NCBI GenBank assembly: GCA_030149205.1
Contig: JASBSB010000005.1
Coordinates: 30,001 to 62,000, forward strand
Direction: 5' to 3'
DNA: 32,000 nucleotides
From: Candidatus Heimdallarchaeota archaeon
GTDB lineage: Archaea; Asgardarchaeota; Heimdallarchaeia; Heimdallarchaeales; Kariarchaeaceae
The translations under genes were made by a program, and so were the position numbers. The notes beneath the pieces are model-generated. The model was not told the origin of the DNA. It searched no databases and saw only the letters and a program-made list of their open reading frames with translations. Positions within the stretch are counted from its first letter, which is position 1, and every line of letters begins with the position of its first letter. This document shows, piece by piece, positions 1 to 7,530 of this stretch.

Positions 1-129
1 ATTATTGTAGCAATTAACAAAGACGAAGAGGCACCTATTTTCAAGGTTTCAGATTATGGCATTGTAGGTGACCTCTTTGTGGTAGTTCCTAAACTTATGG
101 AAAAAATAAAGGAAGTCAAAAATCAATAA
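1..129 (+). CDS. etfA: Electron transfer flavoprotein alpha subunit, C-terminal fragment (5' end outside window)
   Basis: Manual frame +1 translation [42 protein letters not shown] matches the conserved ETF-alpha/FixB C-terminus ([24 protein letters not shown]). Not in the ORF track. Confidence 0.93.
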   Translation: MIVAINKDEEAPIFKVSDYGIVGDLFVVVPKLMEKIKEVKNQ

Positions 130-173
130 ATAATCTCTAAGAAACTAAAGTCTTCATCTGATATTTTACGGAA

Positions 174-181
174 TATATAAA
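174..181 (+). promoter_or_regulatory. Putative TATA box of the tRNA gene
   Basis: TATATAAA about 27-34 nt upstream of tRNA position 1 (208), typical archaeal spacing. Confidence 0.55.
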
Positions 182-207
182 AATTAGAAATTAATCTTAG
201 AATTATA

Positions 208-326
208 GAGGTAGTAGCTCAGCTTGGAAGAGCGCTGCCCTTCTAAAAATGTGGTTAAACCTCATTTGTAGCAAGGCAGATGTCGCGGGTTCGAAATCCA
301 ATAAGACGAAATTCCCGTCTACCTCG
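208..326 (+). tRNA. tRNA-Arg(TCT) with two introns (37/38: 246-273; 59/60: 296-312)
   Basis: Acceptor GAGGTAG(208-214)/CTACCTC(319-325), discriminator G326, D-stem GCTC/GAGC with A20, anticodon stem CTGCC(235-239)/GGCAG(275-279), T-stem GCGGG(285-289)/CCCGT(314-318). Both insertions fold as bulge-helix-bulge motifs. Splicing gives anticodon loop CT-TCT-AA and T-loop TTCGAAT. No encoded CCA. Confidence 0.9.
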
Positions 327-361
327 TAATTTATTATCAATTTTATTTTTATGTTTTAATT

Positions 362-1588
362 TCACCAAAGAGTTTTGACATTTACTGATGGTGCATCTTG
401 ATCCCAAGATGAACTAGTATTTCCAACCTCTTCACCCAAATCCAAAGCATATGGAGAATCCACCCCAGATAATATAACTGTTACTTCAAGCTTGTTCCCT
501 AAACTTTCGTCCTTGTCAGTTCCCCAAATAATTTCAGCACCCCTACCAATTTCTTGAGTAATCATTCTAACACTTCTCTTAATCTCATCCAAGCTTAGTG
601 ATTCTCCTCCTGTTATCTGAATCAAAGCAGCCTTAGCATCCGAGATTTGAATATCCAAAAGGTTTGAAGCAAGTGCCTCTGCTATGGCTTCTTCCACTCG
701 ATGTTCTCCTTCTCCTTCTCCTACTCCAATTACAGAACTACCACCCCTGGTAAGAATTTGTCTGATGTCTGCGAAATCTACATTCACATAAGCTTTGCTT
801 TTGATTAGGTTAACAATTCCTCTAACAGCTTTGATTAAGATCTCGTCAGCGACCTTAAATGCCAAATCTAAGGGGAGGTCTGAACTTAATTGTAATAATT
901 TCTCATTTGGAATTACTATAACTGTATCACATGATTTGTATAGCTCTCTTAACCCTTCCAATGCATTTTTGATCTTGTACTCTCCTTCCATCTCAAATGG
1001 TAATGTACAAACTCCAACAACCAAGGCACCTTGTTCTTTTGCTACACTTGCTATAACTGGAGCAGCACCAGTTCCTGTTCCACCTCCCATTCCTGCTTGC
1101 ACGAAAACTAGATCTGCACCAGACACCAATTCTTCAATCTCTGGGATTGATTCCTCTGCAGCTGCTCTGCCTATCACGGGGTCATTTCCTGCTCCAAGCC
1201 CCTCAGTTAGGTTTTTTCCAAGTATCAATTTCTTGTTACTATTGGTACTGTAGAGATGAAAAGCGTCAGTGTTCGCTGCAACTGACACCGCCCCCTTCAA
1301 GCCCTTTAGGTGCAATCTGTTAACAGCATTTGAACCTGCTCCACCCACCCCAAACACCAGTATCTTGTTTAGATTGTTGGTAATCAAGACTTTTATAATA
1401 TTGTCAACCTGGTCAGAGTTGTATTTGCTCTTTTTATCATTCAGCGGAATTTCATTAGATGATTTCTCTTGATGTTTCCTCTTTATACTGGAAATAAAGG
1501 ATGGTTCTTTGATTTTGGGTTCTTGTGACTGATAAACAGTCTCCAACTCATCCCACATATCAAGATGATCTTTAATGGGAGAACTCAT
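362..1588 (-). CDS. ftsZ: Cell division GTPase FtsZ with an N-terminal extension of about 60 aa
   Basis: GVGGAGSNAV, ANTD, GLGAG, tubulin signature GMGGGTGTGAAP, T7 loop NVDFAD. ATG at 1588 (MSSPIK) preferred over the track's TTG at 1627. Confidence 0.97.
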   Translation of the reverse strand: MSSPIKDHLDMWDELETVYQSQEPKIKEPSFISSIKRKHQEKSSNEIPLNDKKSKYNSDQVDNIIKVLITNNLNKILVFGVGGAGSNAVNRLHLKGLKGAVSVAANTDAFHLYSTNSNKKLILGKNLTEGLGAGNDPVIGRAAAEESIPEIEELVSGADLVFVQAGMGGGTGTGAAPVIASVAKEQGALVVGVCTLPFEMEGEYKIKNALEGLRELYKSCDTVIVIPNEKLLQLSSDLPLDLAFKVADEILIKAVRGIVNLIKSKAYVNVDFADIRQILTRGGSSVIGVGEGEGEHRVEEAIAEALASNLLDIQISDAKAALIQITGGESLSLDEIKRSVRMITQEIGRGAEIIWGTDKDESLGNKLEVTVILSGVDSPYALDLGEEVGNTSSSWDQDAPSVNVKTLW

Positions 1589-1768
1589 AGAAAAAAATCT
1601 AGTACTTAGAATTAATAAAGAAGTCAATATAGATGTGTTATGTCAGTAGTATCGAACCAAGGAGTATACTGAATTATTACAAATAAAAAGTATATTTTAG
1701 TAAGCTAATGGAATAGGGAGAAGCCTTTAATCAATATATTAAAATATGTTACTTACAGTATATCTACA

Positions 1769-2158
1769 TTGATAGATTTCAATATCGAAGATGCTGAAAG
1801 TGCCGAGAAGGATTTTACCCAAAATTTCTCTAGACTTCATCTTACAGATTTTCAAATGACAATTGTGGATAATATCACAGAGTTTCTTGATGATAAATTA
1901 GTTCTAAGTGTATTTGCTTTAAAGGGGTTCATTTATAGAGCAGTCAAGGTTTGGCAACAAACCATGGAAAAACCCGGTAACAGTATTGAGTCTTTTACTC
2001 CTAAGGAACGAATAGAGGCAGTTAGATCTATGTTCAAAACTTTGGAAACTCTCTTAAAACCAGCTTTAAAAAACTCAACAGATGATGAAGAATTAACAAG
2101 AATCATGACTGATGGCTTGAAATTTTACACTGATAAATTTGCATACCGTGAAGACTAG
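1769..2158 (+). CDS. Hypothetical small alpha-helical protein, divergent from ftsZ
   Basis: 129-aa ORF (TTG start) with natural composition filling the gap. Its stop interlocks with the plsC stop on the opposite strand (CTAG 2155-2158). No motif recognised. Confidence 0.7.
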   Translation: MIDFNIEDAESAEKDFTQNFSRLHLTDFQMTIVDNITEFLDDKLVLSVFALKGFIYRAVKVWQQTMEKPGNSIESFTPKERIEAVRSMFKTLETLLKPALKNSTDDEELTRIMTDGLKFYTDKFAYRED

Positions 2159-2898
2159 ATTCCTAACTGAGTATAATGGTTATATAAATCAATAATCTGT
2201 TCGTTGGGTACTTGATACCATCCAGTTAATAGTCTGATCTTCTTCATTATTTTATCTGTAACCAACCGTATAATTTCGAAATTCTCTTTGTCTGAATAAT
2301 ACTCTTCAAATGAGATAGGGGTTCCTATCTTCATAATCACCGGACGTCCTAATCTTGGCATCTTTGCACCATAAGGCCAGAGTCCATCAGTTCCAAATAA
2401 GCCTACAGGTACCACAGGGACCTCTGCATTAAGGGCCATTCGTGCGATCCCAGTTTTACCATCGAATCGTTTTCGACGGTTAAGAATTGCACCTTCAGGG
2501 AAGATGCCAACACATGCACCCTCCTTCAAAGCAGTGACTGCTGTATTTATGACACTATTTTTGTTCTTTTCCTTACGCTCAGGAACTGGAATTGTGCCAA
2601 TAAAATCATTGATCTTGCCAAATATAGGGTTAGACCATAAGGTTCTTTGTCTCCCAACAAATCGAACCCTGTGTGAATTAATCTCTAAACCCATAACAAA
2701 AGCATCCACAATTGATCCGTGATTTGCAGCGAGAATAAACCCTTGGTTCTTATCAATATTTGAAAGATTTTCAGTTCCATAGGTTTTAACGTTATAAGTA
2801 AGATGCAACAAAAATTTGAAAATACCCTTTACAGATTGATAGGCCCATTCTGCTGGTACATCATATCCTTTAGGTTTGGTTGTTATTTGGTTGTGCAT
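2155..2898 (-). CDS. plsC: Lysophospholipid acyltransferase (PlsC / 1-acyl-sn-glycerol-3-phosphate acyltransferase family)
   Basis: LPLAT blocks: NHGSIVD (HX4D), FVGR, FPEG, GIARMAL...VPVVPV. Confidence 0.92.
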   Translation of the reverse strand: MHNQITTKPKGYDVPAEWAYQSVKGIFKFLLHLTYNVKTYGTENLSNIDKNQGFILAANHGSIVDAFVMGLEINSHRVRFVGRQRTLWSNPIFGKINDFIGTIPVPERKEKNKNSVINTAVTALKEGACVGIFPEGAILNRRKRFDGKTGIARMALNAEVPVVPVGLFGTDGLWPYGAKMPRLGRPVIMKIGTPISFEEYYSDKENFEIIRLVTDKIMKKIRLLTGWYQVPNEQIIDLYNHYTQLGI

Positions 2899-3148
2899 TA
2901 ATTGCCTCCTCGTAAGCTTCTTCGTATGATAACAGAATAGGTTCCTTGGTCACAATCATAGTATAACCAACCCAAGCAATAACTCCGCCTACAGTTAATG
3001 AGAGAATAAGTAGCGGTACTATCAATCCTACATACTGAATTGTAAAGCCACTCTGATCCATGATTTTGGTTGCAATTAGAGCATAAATCTCAAATCCAAT
3101 TATTAAAATCCCTGAGATAAATATTAGTGACCCCTTGAATTTACTCAT
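2870..3148 (-). CDS. Small two-TM membrane protein, overlapping the plsC start
   Basis: Two hydrophobic segments then WVGYTMIVTKEP and an acidic tail. Resembles a small archaeal 2-TM family with a WIGYTxxTTPPP motif (recalled, not searched). Confidence 0.75.
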   Translation of the reverse strand: MSKFKGSLIFISGILIIGFEIYALIATKIMDQSGFTIQYVGLIVPLLILSLTVGGVIAWVGYTMIVTKEPILLSYEEAYEEAINAQPNNNQT

Positions 3149-3326
3149 ATTATCACAAAAATTATAGTATTATTTAAGAACATTTTTTGTTAAGGTTAGT
3201 AAATTGTAACCATTGACTTTATGGAAGAATTTAATCAGTTGTTCGGATTTTTATTTTTAGATGGTTTTTCGTATTCTACTTAATGCTTGAATGAAATGTT
3301 TAAGAAAATCTGAATGATAATTAATT

Positions 3327-3842
3327 ATGGCAGTTATCCATGAGGTCATTATTTGTCCAAATTGTGAGAAAGAGATAAACCCCAGTGAGGCGACACATGT
3401 TGTAAAAAGAGGTCAATCAAGATTTAATTGGTGGGTCACCCCAGTGAATCTATTTCTGATTTCTATTATGTTTCTGCTACTTGAACTAGGGACGAATTCC
3501 GGTTCTTTTACATCTTTCAAATGGAGCCCGTGGGTGGTTGCGGGTATTTGGATAATTTACTTTGGAGCACTCTTTCTTACACTCAGGATTGAAGATTCTT
3601 GGTTTTACGCTTCCTTAATCTTCGTGGGATTTTGTGTCTATCTTGCTCTTTTGGATCTTGAATTCCCATCCAAGCAACCTACTGTATTAGGTTTAACTTG
3701 GAGTTTTTACCCTATCGTAATCATTCTATTTCTGCTTGTACTTCTACCAGTCAATTCATATTTCGGACAAAAACGAAAACAATCAGTAGAGTTACTAAAA
3801 GAAGTTATAAAACTAGAGGAAGAACATGTCAAGGGGGCATAA
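3327..3842 (+). CDS. Membrane protein, about 4 TM helices, with a single N-terminal CPNC
   Basis: Four hydrophobic stretches, CxxC near the N-terminus, charged C-terminal helix. 3' end overlaps or abuts the next gene. Confidence 0.75.
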   Translation: MAVIHEVIICPNCEKEINPSEATHVVKRGQSRFNWWVTPVNLFLISIMFLLLELGTNSGSFTSFKWSPWVVAGIWIIYFGALFLTLRIEDSWFYASLIFVGFCVYLALLDLEFPSKQPTVLGLTWSFYPIVIILFLLVLLPVNSYFGQKRKQSVELLKEVIKLEEEHVKGA

Positions 3843-3843
3843 T

Positions 3844-4776
3844 ATGAAAGAATTTAATTTTATAGATATTGTTTCTGATCCCTCTCCAACTCTGCTTTCC
3901 ACTTTTTTTCACTCTTTAAGAAATTCGGTTTATGTAATTATTAGTGTTCTTCATTTTTTATTGTTGCCTCTCATGGCTACATATCAATCAATATGGCCTA
4001 AAGGTTATGATCGTACAGTCAAACCAGAGGCAGAGGAATTTTATTGGCACCCTGGTGGAGACCCAAAATCTGGTGTTTTAATGATACACGGTTTTGGGTC
4101 AACACCACAGATATTTAGAGAATATGGGAAACAATTTTTAGAGGATGGGTATATAGTTTATGGTATCAGAATTATCGGACACGGATCGAGCGAGGCACAT
4201 CTAGCAGACACATTACCAATCGATTGGTATCTTTCGGTTAGAGATAAATATAGAGAGTTACAGGCTCAGTGTGAAGAGGTTCACATCGTAGGACATTCAC
4301 TTGGCTCATTGAATGCATTGATACTTGCATCAATTTACCCTATAAAGTCACTGGTGTTACTTTCATGTCCTATAAAAATTCGAAGAACTCCATTATTTAG
4401 GGCACATTTTCTATTGAGACCATTATCTGTGGTGATTAAGTACTGGCCAGTTGGTCGAGAAAAACGCCGTAAACTTAAGGAGTTTGGAATTCATCAATAT
4501 CAAAAAAATCCACTTAAGGCTGTTGAAGGTTTGTTTGAAATTGCAGAAGTCACAAGAGAGAGACTCCCGAAAGTAACTTGCCCTGTTCTTGCTATGGTGG
4601 GTGATGATGATGAATATGTGGAGCTATCTACTCTAGATTTACTTGAGAGCAATTTAAGTGTATCCGAATTCTCAACTTGGGTTGCACCAAACGCAGGTCA
4701 TCTGATCATAGAAACTTCAGAGAAGACGATATTGGACAAAAAAATACATGATTGGGTTATAGATCATGATCAATAA
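3844..4776 (+). CDS. Alpha/beta hydrolase (carboxylesterase / monoacylglycerol-lipase-like) with N-terminal hydrophobic segment
   Basis: HGFGS oxyanion motif, GHSLG nucleophile elbow, Asp in GDDDEYV, His in AGHL. Start at ATG 3844 (after AAGGGGG) or ATG 3826. Confidence 0.9.
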   Translation: MKEFNFIDIVSDPSPTLLSTFFHSLRNSVYVIISVLHFLLLPLMATYQSIWPKGYDRTVKPEAEEFYWHPGGDPKSGVLMIHGFGSTPQIFREYGKQFLEDGYIVYGIRIIGHGSSEAHLADTLPIDWYLSVRDKYRELQAQCEEVHIVGHSLGSLNALILASIYPIKSLVLLSCPIKIRRTPLFRAHFLLRPLSVVIKYWPVGREKRRKLKEFGIHQYQKNPLKAVEGLFEIAEVTRERLPKVTCPVLAMVGDDDEYVELSTLDLLESNLSVSEFSTWVAPNAGHLIIETSEKTILDKKIHDWVIDHDQ

Positions 4777-4797
4777 AAATAAAATATCCTCCTAATG

Positions 4798-5676
4798 TTA
4801 GATAAGAAATTGTTCTATTTCTTTTGAAACTTGGTCTACCTTCTCATAATAAGGTAAATGTTTTGCCTCAGGAATTAATATACCTTTAGCGTTCAATTTA
4901 TTGACAACAAAATCGAAATATTCAGCTGGAACTATATCATCAAGCTCTCCCCAAAGAACTAATACAGGAATGTTCGCTTCATTTATATTGGTGCAAAGTG
5001 AATCAATAATCTCTAAGATCCAGTCAGGGACTCCAGACAATGATATGAATTTATCCAAGATGTATTGATATGTCCTTCTTGAATGTTTACTTTTTCTAAA
5101 ACTTAAGGCATCAGTGATTAGCTCTTGGTTTATCACTGAGCTATCGTGGAATAGATATTTGTAAGACCTTTGAATGCTATTTTCATCCACAAAAGAATTT
5201 ATTGTTAGATAAGCAAAAAACCTATTAACTATTGGAAATGATGCAACTCTATAAGCCCACCAAACTTTTTTCCCAAATCCAGCTGGTGCCGAAAGAATAA
5301 TTTTATCAAAAGAGTTTGGTATTAATTCAAACAAACCAAATGTCACTCCAGCACCAAATGAGGTCGCAAAAACATCAAACTTATCAAATGAATTGAGTTT
5401 CACCCACTCTGCCAAAGCCAGAGAAAAAATTTGGAATGAAAATTTAGGGGTATCGATGAACCTTGAACCACCAAATCCAAGCAAATCAACTGATATGAAT
5501 CTGTATTCTAAATTTTTCAATTTCCTCATTAATGGCTTGTAAATGTCCGCAAAACTGCCTAACCCTGGGATAAAGATTAAAATTTTCTTAAATTTTCTCT
5601 CCGTGGCTTCAATATGTCGTATTTTGGCCTTACGATTTTCAATTGAGATTTCAGTAAATCTCTCCTCAAATTCCAC
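4798..5676 (-). CDS. Alpha/beta fold hydrolase
   Basis: PGLGS, DLLGFGGS, nucleophile ATSFGAG, acid WGELDDIVP, His AKHLPYYE. GTG start. Confidence 0.9.
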   Translation of the reverse strand: MEFEERFTEISIENRKAKIRHIEATERKFKKILIFIPGLGSFADIYKPLMRKLKNLEYRFISVDLLGFGGSRFIDTPKFSFQIFSLALAEWVKLNSFDKFDVFATSFGAGVTFGLFELIPNSFDKIILSAPAGFGKKVWWAYRVASFPIVNRFFAYLTINSFVDENSIQRSYKYLFHDSSVINQELITDALSFRKSKHSRRTYQYILDKFISLSGVPDWILEIIDSLCTNINEANIPVLVLWGELDDIVPAEYFDFVVNKLNAKGILIPEAKHLPYYEKVDQVSKEIEQFLI

Positions 5677-5806
5677 ATCTGTCTTTTGTTGAAGAATTAA
5701 TAATCATTATTGGTAACTACTGTATTTTCGAGCTTGGTTAGATTTTTTTTTCAATTGTACAATTAAGAATGATAATCTTATTATTAGTCAATTAGTATTT
5801 TGAGGC

Positions 5807-6508
5807 ATGACAGTTAAACTGACTTGGTTAGGACACGCAACTTGTCAATTGGAATATGAAGATAAAGTAATACTTATTGATCCATGGTTGGATAACCCTA
5901 AATTTCCAGGAGATGAGTATAAACCAAAAAAAATAGATGTATTATGTATAACTCATGGACACAATGACCATTTTGGTAACGCAATTGAACTTGCTAAGAA
6001 ATTTAAACCAAAAATCCCAGTCATTCATGAAATGAGTGTCTATTTAAATTCCAAAGGCGTTGAGGCCATTGGAATGAATTTTGGTGGCACTTTTGAATAT
6101 GAAGGGATCAAATTTAGCTTGGTTCCGGCGAGTCATTCTGGTGGATATCAGGATGGAGAAAAAATGGTTAATATGGGTAACCCTGGGGGTTATGTTATAA
6201 CATTTCCGGATGGAAACTCTTTCTATCATGCAGGAGACACAGGAGTTACGAAAGAAATGAAAATTACAAGTGCTTTATTTTCTCCAAAAATAGGCTTATT
6301 TCCTATTGGAGGACATTACACCATGGATCCCCGTGGTGCAGCATATGCGGCAAAAATGATGGGGTTGACTCATGTTATTCCGATTCATTGGGGAACTTTT
6401 GTCCCACCTTTAAATGGAACCCCAGATGAGTTAAAAAGTTATATAAAAGAATTTGAATGCAATACTGATGTAATTGAGTTGAAACCAGGGCAATTTCATA
6501 CCTTTTAA
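5807..6508 (+). CDS. Metallo-beta-lactamase-fold metal-dependent hydrolase (UPF0173/UlaG-like)
   Basis: WLGHA, IDPWL, THGHNDH (HxHxDH), PASHS, YHAGDT, PIHWGTF. Confidence 0.93.
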   Translation: MTVKLTWLGHATCQLEYEDKVILIDPWLDNPKFPGDEYKPKKIDVLCITHGHNDHFGNAIELAKKFKPKIPVIHEMSVYLNSKGVEAIGMNFGGTFEYEGIKFSLVPASHSGGYQDGEKMVNMGNPGGYVITFPDGNSFYHAGDTGVTKEMKITSALFSPKIGLFPIGGHYTMDPRGAAYAAKMMGLTHVIPIHWGTFVPPLNGTPDELKSYIKEFECNTDVIELKPGQFHTF

Positions 6509-6662
6509 AGTTCTATTATTACTTGTTTTAGTTTCAAATTATTGATTTGAACTAAAGTGGATCTAAGAATATTGCAACTAATTCTTATTTTATGTTGGAT
6601 TAGGATTACAATACTAAGAAGTCAAAGAATAAGTTAATTACCCATATTAGGTCTCTAATTTT

Positions 6663-7451
6663 GTGGAAGACTTAAAGGAATACAAGCTTGATATAGAGGC
6701 AGCATTAAATTCTTGGACTAAGATACTCAGAGACCTTTCGGTTAATCTTGCCTATGCAAAAGGTTCTGCTATTAAGCCATGGGATAGTCCCATAGATTAC
6801 GTTCCTATACTCTCAGACATTGATATTCATATCAATTTATCTCCAATGAATAAGCTAGACATTGGTGATGCACTTAGAATTTCTGAATTATATGAAGAAA
6901 CCTTTAAACTGATTCGTCCCAATTACTCACATATTCCTCGACCACAAATAATGCTGTTATCTAGGCTACATCAAATAGAAACCTATGTACCTCCTGATTA
7001 CTCTTCTGTTAAGTTCCTTATAGGCACTTGCAATGATATAGAAGAGGAAAGGGTCTTGAGTGTTGAAAATTTAAGAGAAATAGATAAAAACACTTTACTG
7101 GCTGAAAAGAACTTTATTCAAGAGATTCCCATCAAACTGTTTGATAGAATTGGGTTGGATTATTGGCAATTCTTGAGACAAATTGTTTGGAGAATCGGAC
7201 CAACTCCGACAAGAGTGCTTTCACAATTTATGGACGATCCTTTTAAGCTTTGGTCACTAAATAGGTCAAGTATTCATAAACTTTTGTTGGATTATGATTT
7301 GGAACAGGTTGCAGATCCTTTTTATGATTTCTATTCTTTAGGTTGGGAGTTGTTTAATACCAATTTCACTGATAATTCAATCTATAGAAAAATCCTAAAA
7401 CAAGGTTATTTAGTTCTCAAAGAATCTTTTAGTTTGGTCGAATCGTTGTGA
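6663..7451 (+). CDS. Hypothetical protein with a pol-beta-superfamily nucleotidyltransferase-like N-terminal motif
   Basis: YAKGSA...LSDIDIHI fits hG[GS]-x(n)-DhD. C-terminal half looks helical. GTG start. Confidence 0.65.
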   Translation: MEDLKEYKLDIEAALNSWTKILRDLSVNLAYAKGSAIKPWDSPIDYVPILSDIDIHINLSPMNKLDIGDALRISELYEETFKLIRPNYSHIPRPQIMLLSRLHQIETYVPPDYSSVKFLIGTCNDIEEERVLSVENLREIDKNTLLAEKNFIQEIPIKLFDRIGLDYWQFLRQIVWRIGPTPTRVLSQFMDDPFKLWSLNRSSIHKLLLDYDLEQVADPFYDFYSLGWELFNTNFTDNSIYRKILKQGYLVLKESFSLVESL

Positions 7452-7530
7452 ATATAAGATTTAAAACTAATTGAATATTTGATTTTTAGATTTATTGAAA
7501 AGGATTATATTGACTGAATTATTGACATTT

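Noticed and set aside
240-274. Alternative splicing registers giving tRNA-Ala(TGC) or tRNA-Gly(TCC)
   Set aside because: BHB geometry places cleavage at 245/246 and 273/274, giving TCT. The acceptor stem has G3:C70 (not the Ala G3:U70), and A20 with G73 fit Arg.
327-361. tRNA 3' end as an integration site for a mobile element
   Set aside because: No integrase, and I saw no duplicated tRNA 3' fragment in the window; ftsZ follows directly.
6663-7451. NTase as a CBASS cyclase or toxin-antitoxin component
   Set aside because: No effector, Cap, HEPN or AbiE partner is adjacent. Kept only as an orphan NTase.
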